From Phoronis australis (taxonomy: Eukaryota; Animalia; Phoronida), in the NCBI GenBank assembly GCA_002633005.1, contig NMRA01000150.1, positions 763,486 through 827,485 of the forward strand: a DNA stretch of 64,000 nt, read 5' to 3'. Each line of letters begins with the position of its first letter. The first letter of the stretch is position 1. The notes under the pieces were generated by a model. The model was given only the letters and a program-made list of their open reading frames with translations. It was not told the DNA's origin and made no database searches. This document shows, piece by piece, positions 24,301 to 36,300 of the stretch. A program made the position numbers and the translations under genes.

Positions 24301-27300
24301 ACACACTGCAAGACCTTGATGCTTACATCAGATATGATGTTGCTGTCACAGCAGTTAATGATATGTCCTTGCAATCGGCAGCAGAGGGCATGAACATAAG
24401 AACCGCTGAAACAGGTAAAGTAAAAGTCATTAACAATCCATGTTGGAATGGACATAAGATTCTGAAATCACATCTCCATGATGTGTGTGTTTTGGCGTTT
24501 GTGTAACTGTGTGTGTGTGTGTGTTCAAGCAAAGGTATTGTAATAAAGGCATTACAAGGATGTATGAATCTGGTGACATTTCTTTTCTCCCATGAATTTC
24601 TTAATTTTTATGAAAATGTACATAGTTTTCAATTTGTTCTTATTTCACTTCAAGTTTGTGCTCAAAAGGCTCTTGTTTCACACTGTGACTGGTCGTTGTG
24701 CCCGTATAAGATAAAGGATGTGCGCTAGTGGTATGTGCTTCCTAAGTGGGTCAAATTCCAGGGAGCATTAAGTTACATGTGACCGGAATTTGGTTCATTA
24801 GGGACAGGTCTAAAACGATTACTAGTTCATCCATCGATACAAATATGTCGGGTTGATCCATTTTCTTGACTTGGGAGTGGTTAAAGCATTTCTTAAAAAT
24901 ATGGTGGCTTGCTGAGAGGAAAATTTTTTCACTGATTGCGTAATTATGCTTTGTTGATTGGATTAATATTGAATTTGTAATCTACAGTTCACTCTAGGTG
25001 AAGTACATGGTCTCCGTGGAGCGCACTGAATATCAATTCAAGCAATTTCGCTGACACAACTGTTTCATAACTGTTCAAACCCAGTCACTTTCCTTCAACC
25101 AAAATGTGGAGGAGTTTCAGTTTGAATATATAACAGTCTGCTTGGAACTCAATTTCATTCTCGTTGTGGATGTACAAGTCATCTAATCGAGCTTGTTTAT
25201 TACAAAGTTCATCCATTTCCATGTGATAATGTCCTATACTAACAGCTTGAGCAATGAATTTCATGGGCAAGCCATATTTTGGAATATAATGAAATAGTCA
25301 GGCCATCCCATTACTTTTGGAGTCTGTTTGATTGGTCGCTTACACCTTGGCAATCGTCTCCATCGCATTGCTTGTTCATTTAAGTCCGTATTCGTCTCAA
25401 ATAGTCGAGTTTGCACACTTTGAACTAAGAACTCGTTGAGTGGCAAAATTTCTTAGTTGTGCTAGAACTGAAATAGCATTTTATTTCAAGATCAGGTCAT
25501 TTTGCGTCCACGCTACTTTGACTTGATGTCCTCCAGTTGATACTAGATGGATCTCTCACACTCTCAGGTGTAACTTCCTCCTGCAGAATCCACACTCCTG
25601 GCTGACTGTTAACTAATTGTGTAAAGAGACACCGATCATTTGCTAACTAGCTTAATTATGAACACAAAGCTAAACACTAACGTCGACACTGAGCATACAG
25701 AGAACTGAAGTGCAAGGACACCTGGCAGTGTATATGTAAACTATACTAGCTATAAACATTTCCTTTTCTAAAAAGAAGAAAAATCATGTTATGTCAGTTT
25801 TCATACAGTCCATGAAATGAGAAAATCTTACAACAAATTAAAGTAAACATCTAACATAATCCTTGAAACGAACTGGTTCATGTTGTCCAGAGTGTCGAGT
25901 ACTGGTATCATCTGTGGTAGTCGAATTTTCACACCCATCGGTTTCCGGGATACCTAGAGCGATCGGTTCCTCAAAATGCTCTTTAGGGGCTTGCTCAATG
26001 TCCAATTGGATATGATGATGGTTTCGGACATAATCGGCTCGGAGGTGGCTACGAATACGGTACGAGCGATCCTTTAGTTGTTTGGCGACTACTCTGCTGT
26101 CCCAATATTTACTGTTGGTATGCTGAAAACGCACTGATTGACCTTCATCAAGAACAGTTGAATCCTTAGCGTGCCTATCATATTGTGAACACTTAATACG
26201 GTCGTGGTATTTTCATTGCTTTCCCACATTAACATTGGGTTTGCCATCACCATGCATAACTGCCAATGATGGAATATGCGACATGGTTTGTCAACCGAAA
26301 TCATTTCTGCCTGACTTTGATTGGTTTCTTGCCACGTTGTATTACGCAGTTCTAATAATGTAAGGTATTGGTCGGAACCATCTTGGACACATTTGTTATG
26401 AGTCTTAATGATTTTAACTCTAGATTCCGCCTTCCCGTTAGCTTGTTGGTGTCCATGGTGCATTCCCCTGGTCGTAGCAAATTGACGAAATTCATCACCC
26501 GTGAACTGTGTACTGCGGTCGGACACAATGTGTGTTGGTACACCGTATCGTGCTAAATGTTTCTTCAGACAGTTTATGACAAACTTAGAAGTCAAGTACT
26601 ATGCAGATTGACTTCAATGAAGTTGGATGCATAGTCGACAAGAACAAGATAGTGTCGACCGGAGATCTCGAAAAAGTCTATAGCAATGGTTTTGCAAGTG
26701 TCCATGAGCTGTTTGATCTCACGGGGCATACCAAGCCAGAAAATAGTGTTCCGCACCGTAATCTTAGCATGCTGTTGTAGCTTAAGTGTGCAGCATGTAC
26801 ACGCTCCTTCATTTGTTGACGCAAAGCCTTCGGTATAAAAATGCATTCTCCTTTGAGGATAATGCCTTTCTCATGACTTAGCGTGTTCCGTTTGCTGAAG
26901 TACTTTTTTAATGCTTCCGAAAGACTTGGTTTTGGGCCATCCTTCGTGGATTACCTCAAGTAAATCCTTTGCCACAGAGTCAGTTTCCATTGCTGTCTGT
27001 ATTTCCTCCAAATGGGCATCAGGAATAATATGTAATGGATTTTCATAGTTTACGCTCATAACATTAAGCTGTTCCTTGTTGGGAAACGCCCCGCTCAGGG
27101 TGTCTGCACTAACTAAAGTTTTACCCTGCTTATACTCAAATGTGAAGTCGTATCGGTACAGTCGTAATATAAGAGCCTGCAAATGCTTGGGAGCTTGACT
27201 CAGTGGTTTGCGCAGAATATTTACGAGAGGTTTGAGATCATTGTGCACTGTAACCGGTCTACCGAAAGTATACTGATTGAATCGTTCCAGTCTGAACACC

Positions 27301-30300
27301 AACACTAGAGTTTCCTTTTCGTTTTGTGTCCACTTCCACTCTGAATGGGCGAGAGAGCAAGAAGCGAACTCGAGTGGTTTACCATGTTGCATGATCACAG
27401 TGCCTAAACCATTCTGACTGCTGTCGACCTGTAATGCGAGTTCCACATTAGACTTATAGTATGCTAACAGAGTAATTTCAGAGACTTTGTTTTTAACAGT
27501 TACAAAACGGCACGGAAGACTATTTTTGCTTTGAAATGATTCATTTCCTTACAGTTAGACCTAACTTTGCCCCTGACGCAGGACAAAATTTTTTCCAGGT
27601 TTGTGCTTTGTTCTGCAAAATTTACAGTCGGATCATTCAATCATTACTACTATTACTACCACTAGTTCAGCAGTACTTGTCTTTGATTGGCATTTCACTG
27701 AGTTCCCTGAGTCGATCCTACCGCTGTCAACATGTTAATGATTTCTGTAAAGAGACGCAAAGCTGCACACTCTTACATGGAGACTGAGCATATAGAGAAC
27801 TGAACTGCAAGGACACCTGGCAGTGTATATGTAAACTAGATTGTTTGAAACCATGGTTCTTTTTCAGTTACTAATATGATGAAACCTTCTAGAATTTTCT
27901 CAAATGTTCTGTTTTAAGCAGTTACATAGAAAATGACTTCATTCCAAATCAAGTGCTAACTGCCTGTAAACAGGACAAATAAAACTTAACCATCTAAAAC
28001 CATCGTCAGTTTGCTCTGAGCACATGCAAAGTGACCCGTAATTCTCTGTCATTATGGCTGAGCATAAGTTGAATTCCCCCATCAAAGTAGTGAGAGTGAC
28101 TCATCTTGACAAGTTGTTATGTGTCATTTTCTGTTGTGTTAGGAAAATGGTCTTTGTCTGATAAATTTTATGCTGTAAAATGTTTATTGTCATCTCCACC
28201 ACTCTGCGGACGTCCACTGTTTGGGTTGTGTCTGACTACAACCCTGAAGAACTCTTCCTTAATTTGACTACTGTGTCCCCTGATGGCAGTGTTAGTTTTT
28301 GGTTACTTGGTTCTTGGTATTCCTCTTATCAGTCAAAAAAGTTGAACAAAAATTAAATTTAGCGATGTATGGTGCAGATCAATCTTCTTCCTTCACTGTG
28401 AAAAAGCATTCTCATTGACATATTTTTGTCGTTTTTACATTTTTTTCTTGCAAACTACAATAGTTATATCGTCCTGATTTCTTTTCCAATCAACATTCTT
28501 TTCTTTCAAACATAGTGGCAATTTTAGTTTTATTAGGAGACCTCAAAAGATTGGTCTAAGCACATTAATCTGATTTTGTGACTAACTTTACAGTTCCATC
28601 AATGCCTGCTCATGTTGGCACTATCAGTATCAATGACACAAGTCTACTGGTCACATGGTCGCAACCTTTGAACCCTAATGGCATTATCACTGGCTATAGA
28701 GTAAACTTATGGACTGAAGGGCAACCATCAATAAACGTGACACAATCAGACCTGCCCAGCAAGTCGAACAACACTGCATTCCATCACCTGGAACCTTTCA
28801 CGGTACATTCAATACAGGTAAATTTCATGTCACATTACAGCGTTCTGTCGATCAGTAACTTTTCCAGACCTGAGGGGTGCTGATCGTGCGATAACATCTG
28901 GCTCTTTTGTTAGCTGCCCAGCACAGTCTTTTGTCCCACATGATAACAAGCAGGCCAATTATCTTCAAAGGAAAGGTATGGTGGTTGCAGGCTATTACCG
29001 AAGGCATATTCACAACACAGTCAAACCCAGGGCGTTGGCAATCCGTTTGGACAGAATAGATTGTCTTAAATTCTGTTGTAGTTGGACGATTTTGGTGTTT
29101 TAAAAACGGAACATAATCAGCATTTGATGAGGAATTCAGAAATGCTATAATATGTAATAATTTAACTTTCATTTTTATCAGCCCAGCCCAGTCAGGCTAG
29201 ATACGATCTGATCGGAGATTAGAGCAATTATCGAACAAAAGAGCGCAGGCCCCCCAACTATAAATGCCAGAATGGAGTTAATCAGTCGTGTAAGATATTG
29301 GCTGCAGGGTAAACTTCTCAACTTGTTCTTGGGCTAGTTGGAAGCAATGGGATGTCGCTGTCATGAGTATCGTCGTTACTTTTTTTCAAATGTTATGAAT
29401 TATGTTCAGGGAATTTTAGAGAATGTGAGAAAAAATGTGAACATGGTAGCAACATAGTGAGAAGGGTCTTTTCCTTTTTGTTGATAACTTCTGTTATTAA
29501 AGACAATGTAACTTACCAAAAAAGTTGCGAGAAATGGCACCGTTTTCATACCATATACAATCAAAGGTCTAGAGGGAAGTTTGCATGTAAAATGTCCGAA
29601 CAGAACTTATAGCCTTTTGAATAGTGCTGAAATATATCTTAAAATATCGGCAATGAATTTTTTGTCAGTGTTACTCAGAGAAGGAATTTTTATCCCGTAA
29701 ACTTCTCAAATATGGCAAATGTTGACAAAGGGATGCGGGCATGTTTTTCAATCTTTTTTAATGCCACCACGTTCAAAAAATAACAAAAGACCTACACAGT
29801 GAGAGCACTTAGTGAATGGCCATTGACATCATCCAGTGACACTTAGTGAATGGCCATTGACATCATCCAGTGACAGCACTTAGTGAATGGCCATTGACAT
29901 CATCCAGTGGCACTTAGTGAATGGCCATTGACATCATCCAGTGACACTTAGTGAATGGCCATTGACATCATCCATTGAATAGCCATTGATAATCTCCATG
30001 TATAAGAATAAGGTAACAATGACATTTTGAGTATTTACAAGCTCCATGTTCTCACATTGATCAATTTTTGTAATGTCTGTTGCATTGATAACGTTTAATT
30101 GTTCTTGCAGTTTTGGCAACTAGTTGTTTTTGTTTTTGTACCCTTCACATCAAAAAGAAATTAAGTGTTACATCTTTCAAAGTCACAAATAGTGAGCCAC
30201 CTTCAAATTCCAAATTTGTCTTACTTCAAAAATTTGGTAATATTAGTTTTCATCAAGAAGAGGCTGCACTTACCCATTTTTGGACTGTTCCGCATACTTT

Positions 30301-33300
30301 GTCCCCTTGTTATCATTAGCTCCATTTTCAGTTTTTGGTATCCCCCTCTTGTATAAGCAAAGCCCTTTGACTAGTCATGGCAAATGAGTTTCTCATCAGG
30401 AGAGTGTGCCTGATGCTAATTATTAGATGCATACAACTGCCGTAGTGCCTCCTGGTGCTAATTATTAGATGCATACAACTACCGTAGTGCCTCCTGGTGC
30501 TAATTATTAGATGCATACAACTACCGTAGTGCCTCCTGGTGCTAATTATTAGATGCATACAACTGCTGTAGCGCCTCCTGGTGCTAATTCTAGTTTTACA
30601 TCAGTTGAGAACTTGTTTGGTCACTGATGTTTGTGACGGTCAAGTGAGTTATATTTAATAGTGAAGGGTGTGACCACTACTGGACCATGGTTCTGTTATT
30701 ACCTGCCCTTACCTTATGTATCCTCTCAATGACGTGTACGCAGGTTTGACTTTCTGTAAAAAGTCTGTTCACCTGAATCACACCTCATACATTTCAGCTG
30801 GCAAGCCCAGTATCCACTAAGTCAAAGATGTTTTGCCATTAAGAATTCTCCACTGAGCACTAAACCATGACCTTGTTTTGTTATTAAGGTGTTTGCTAAA
30901 ACTATCAAAGGTTATGGAGAAGGTAGCAAGATTATCACTGGAGTTACCGCTGAAGGAAGTAAGTCTGTTATACAGTTATAGCGTGGGGTTTGTTGTGGAA
31001 GACTTGTATGATTGAAGTAAGTCTGTTACACAGTTATAGCGTGGGGTTTGTTGTGTAAGTTTAGAACACTCTAATGCTTTGCCAGTAAATCTCAGAGTGT
31101 AATGGTGCTAGCATATGCTTGCTAAAGGCCGACCAATGAAAGTGAAGGTAAGCCAGAATGTGTTAAAAAATGGTACGCAAATATCTGAAATACAGATTAT
31201 ATACATCTCTAGCTAGAAGTGTATAGGGAGTGGCTTTTAATAGCTACTTGGTTTATAATGCTTAGAGTAAATTGTACAAGTGATTTTAAACATGACTTAA
31301 GATGTTCAAAATGTACCATACTTCCAAACAGGTTACTCTTTGGCATCTACATAGGCTGTTAAATATCTATTTGTTTCCCAAGCTGCATGTATTTTTATGA
31401 TAGTGTTCTTTGTAAAAATGTGAATTTGAATTTGTAATTATGTTAGAGCCAGAGAAGCCGGTTGACGTCCAGAACATCACTAGGTCTGACACGTCCTTGG
31501 GTTTCCAATGGAAGGAGCCAGTGAACACAAGGGGCGAAATAAGTGGATACAAGGTATGATATTTGCATGGTTGTCAACCATCAGAGTACATATCACAGCG
31601 ACGTTGAAATTTGATGAGCAGATCGCTAGATGGCGGTAGAGTATTTTGCGTGCAATGGTAAAACACCACCTACAGTTCATATTCCACTTGGATGGAGATT
31701 TTGAAGCAGAGGAATTTCATCACTTAAAAAATTGCTATTTAAATGGTATCTTGGTCACCTGAATTTGAAATTAGGTAATTTAAATGAAGTCGGTCGCATG
31801 TTTTTAAGACTTTGAGAGCACAGTTAAATACAAATCAACTTTTAATGGTGTTATATTTAGAATATTCCCTATTAGCGTTCATAACAGCAGTGTCAGTGAC
31901 AGTAATGGTGTCATGTTTTTAGATATCCTGTCGGTTTAAACAGTCTCTCCTAGCAACAGATGGCACTTCAGTCAGTAAACAGTTGGGTGTATCGTTGGTG
32001 GGTACCATTAAAGGTCTCCTTAAGGCGTCACTCTACGAATGCACAGTGACTGGCAGGACTTCTGCGGGATATGGTGATCCCAGTGATGCTTTGTTGGTGT
32101 GGACAGCGCCACCTAGAGCCAGTGGTAAACTTTACTTAGTGTGTCACTTCTTTCAATACTTTAGGGAATATCTATGTAAACATTGTGAGTGAGAAGATGT
32201 GTTTTACAGGGAACAAAGTCGTCTTGAAATTGCAAATTGTGGAAAACTAATACCAGCTCTACCAACTCTGCAGGTGCACTCATAAATATTAGTTGCTTTG
32301 CTGGAAAACATGACTAAGGGACATGATTAACTGACTTCACCGACTCTCAAACACGGTCCTCAGACCACCATACAGGGCTCACTGACTGCCCTACATGTTA
32401 CCTGGACATGAAATTTTTTAAGTACATCAATCGTGTTTTGGGAGTCTGGCATTATGCTTGGTAGTCAGTATGCTGCAGTTGGTGAGCTGTGTTTGGCAGT
32501 GGGTGAGCTGTGTTTGGCAGTTGGTGAGCTGTCTGACAGTTGGTGAGCTGTTTGACAGTTGGTGAGCTGTGTTTATCGAGTCTGAAATCCGTAGTTAAAG
32601 GAGAAGAATCTAGGGTCATAAATGTGGCAGTCTGAACCTATCCTAATAGCTTGAATTTAGAATTTTTCTTTGATTACACGTGACCTTTGGTTGTTTGTTT
32701 TGCAGATTTAACTGAACTCCTTAAACTACCGCGTGTCAAAACACTGGAGACGGAAGCTACTGATACCACGGTAACAGTGAAGTTGTTGCCAGCGGCAGCA
32801 CCACCTTCTCTTACTCCAAGGTAAACCTAGTGTAGAGTCTACTGTGTCTGGCATGCGCTCATTTCACATTATCATACATTATCATACATTATCATACATT
32901 ATCTGTGGTATTCATAGTGGTGTACTTAATTTGACTAAAAAAGGGGGTGCTTCAAGTCGTGTATGTGAGAACATTTATGAAACACCAAAATTAAGCGGTG
33001 TACTTTCAGTTGAATATGTCACACAGGTACGGTAAGTATTTAAATTATGCAATCCTTTGAAGTTTACTCATATTATGATTTCTGCAAGGAAAATGGAAAG
33101 TAATCTTTGTATCTGTGTTTGCAGGACAGTTAACTGGAATTAAATTTGAAATTTTCAAGCTGATTGGTTAATTACTGTGTCTTTCTAAATACCATTTAGA
33201 TATTGTAAAATAAATGGTCGACAATGGTAGTTTACCGTAAACGTTCGGGTTAACGCCCATGTACAGTTAACCGCCCACCCCCTACTTTAGGTGGATTTTC

Positions 33301-36300
33301 GATTTAACCACCCACTGCTCGGTTAAGCACCCCCCTGCGATTTTTTAAGATTTCCAGTTAAGCGCCCACCTCTCGGTTAAGCGCCCATACCCGACTTTTA
33401 AAGAATGAAGATTTAGCGCCCAGTGCTAAGGAAACGCGCGATTCCCCGACTTTTAGAAAAAGATCGATGATCACAATGAGTGCAACGACGCCGGGCTTCC
33501 GAAACGGTGGTTTAGCAATTTGAATTACCATTCAAGTAAAGAGTTATTGCCTTGGGTCATGGACTCACTTCAAAATATAATACTTGAACGTTTTTGTCAC
33601 TTTATTTTCTTCCCATGTTTGCAAAGTTTAAAAACGCCGCTGGTGTCAAAACCTCCGCTTTCAGCGACTTCGTCTTCCGCGCTGAGTTTCCATCTGCAGT
33701 GCACTAGATAAAACATATATTCGAAAAAATCAGGCCAGAGAAATGTGACAGTGGTTTTGCCAACCCTCCAAATTCTATTAAGCTCTCGTATTTTGAACAA
33801 ATCTCACAACTCACGGAAAGATGTCAAATTCTCAATATTTTGATGAATGTAAGAGCCGGGTTACATAGGATGTGTGGCGACCTAAGGGACAGTACAAGTG
33901 CCTTACTGGGTTACCAATTTCGTTGCTGCCTATCAATTTCTGAATTCAAAGGTTGGTAATAATGTACGTTTGTGTATGATCTTGAGGTAATAAAAAACTG
34001 TTAGTCAAATTTTGTTTTTCGCTTATTGCATCTCAGTCAAACTGGCGTTAGCAGATTTAACTAATGTCGCTGGCTGTTCTTTACTATTTCTTGCGTCAGC
34101 CCCCACGTATAAGCGTGACTGTGTGAATTATCGTTTCCACATCCTCTTTTTTGCCATCCAGAATAATTTTGTTTATACATTGGCCAGTTTCAGCCTGAAC
34201 AAAAATTCTTACCATTCGAGTCTGAAATATCTACGATGTAGACTGACTGAAAATTGGCGATAGTGGGTAGAAGATGCAAGCAACTAGCTATGGGCTTCGG
34301 CTTAGGGAGCATCGAGCTGGGAAATATAGGAATAGACTTGACATCGCAGTTTTGCGGAACATTGGCAATGGAGGAACATCATAAAGAACTGGGTCTTTTG
34401 TAACAACAGCTTAAAAGTACAGTCATGCCTGTTTTTATTACTTAGGACTGTCGCTATTCTCTTTGGTGACTTTGTAGTGGTGCACGTGCGCAAGTTCCCA
34501 CACTTTGGAGTGCATGTTACCTTGACACCAACGTGATTGACAGGTGACTCACACGTATGCCCTACGTGTGTGCTGAATACCGCCGCTATCTTTGGCCATA
34601 AAAAACAGATGCATATCGAAAGAGGCCATTATATTACTTGACTGCATTTCCAAGTCACGATTGTCAGCCAACTGAGACATTGCACACTAACAGCGGGACC
34701 GAACAGTGCCACAGTGCGATATTGCAAGTGATATAAATAGGATAGTCTGGACATCTTGCATGAAAAATAAATGTTTTTCCATCACGAAGTTTGGCAAGGT
34801 GATCGTTTAAGAATGAATTGAAACATGGCTGTTTTGTGGCGTTTTATCACATATTTGTCTTACGCCTACTTCTTTGCCAAGCATGTTTGGCGCAACGGCA
34901 AGTGAGCAATGCCGGGCGGTCGAGATAAAACAGCTAGCCGCAGAACCATACGCTGAAATGTCGTCTATAAACATCCCAAACACAAAAAACATCTGAATTA
35001 ACTTTTTCAAACTTTTATTACAACTGATTTTAAAACTGCTCTCTGACTATGAACTTGTCAGCTAGTACGAGACTAACCATAAATTTGATGTCTGCTGAGT
35101 CGACCTCTGCAACACGTGAAGCTTGCACGCGCGCACTTTAGCAAGGTCACATCTTGAAATAGTTGCAATCCAAGTAGGGGCTGCGTGGTCAGTGGTTGTC
35201 TGCACTCTGCAGGGCAAAGTAACAAGACCGCAGGACGGCACGGGCCTAGTACTCAGCAATTCTGTAAATTTAATAGTGAATAACTAATCTGAGGGCAAGA
35301 GAATCTTTGTTGGGATCATCCGCTGTTATGACATTTTTCCCCGTCATGTGACGATAACGCTCTTTGTAAAGGGCTACGCGTTCCGAGTGCATATATGGTG
35401 TGGGGACTTAGATCATGAGGTAAGATTAACCGCCCAGGGCTGTTGCCTGCCATAATGATAAGCGCCCATGATCGGTTAATTCCCACCCTGGATTTCTTGA
35501 AATTTCACATTTAAGCACCCCCGATTTTTTGGGTTTACCAATTTAACCGCCCAGGGCGTTAACCCGAACGTTTACGCTAATATAACAACGACTTCAGTGT
35601 GGGCTGGTACATGTATATTGGTCTCAGTGTGGTCTGGTACATGTACATCGGTCTCAGTGTGGACTGGTAAATGTACATTGGTCTCAATGTGGACTGGTAC
35701 ACGTACATTGATCTCAGTGTGGATTGGTACATGTACATTGGTCTCAGTGTGGACTGGTACATGTACATTGGTCTCAGTGTGGACTGGTGCATGTACATTG
35801 GTCTCAGTGTGGACTGGTACAATGTACATTGGTCTCAGTGTGGATTGGTACATGTACATTGGTCTCAGTGTGGACTGGTACAATGTACATTGGTCTCAGT
35901 GTGGTTTGGTACATGTACATTGGTCTCAGTGTGGACTGGTACATGTACATTGGTCTCAGTGTGGACTGGTACTTGTACATTGGTCTCAGTGTGGACTGGT
36001 ACATGTACATTGGTCTCGGTGTGGACCGGTACATGTTTTAGTTTTAGTGTTGGCTGGTGTATGCACCTATGTAAGTTGACACTTGTGAGAACCTCGGCAT
36101 AATCATGTGACCTTGATCAAAACTTTGGAGCCAACATCATGCAATCCAATTAGTTTTTATGACTCTCATATCAGTTGCTTTCTTAGAAGGAATAAATTTT
36201 AATGGTCATACTTTTGATGTTTCAGTCACTATATCCTCGTAGTAGAAACAAAGTCTGTCAGAAGAAAACGAGACACCAGTCCTTGTCGCTCTCAAGTGAA

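Noticed and set aside
35572-36102. Six overlapping repetitive ORFs / CRISPR-like 30-bp periodicity
   Set aside because: The units are contiguous with no unique spacers or cas genes, in a eukaryotic intron. The ORFs are by-products of a 30-bp minisatellite.
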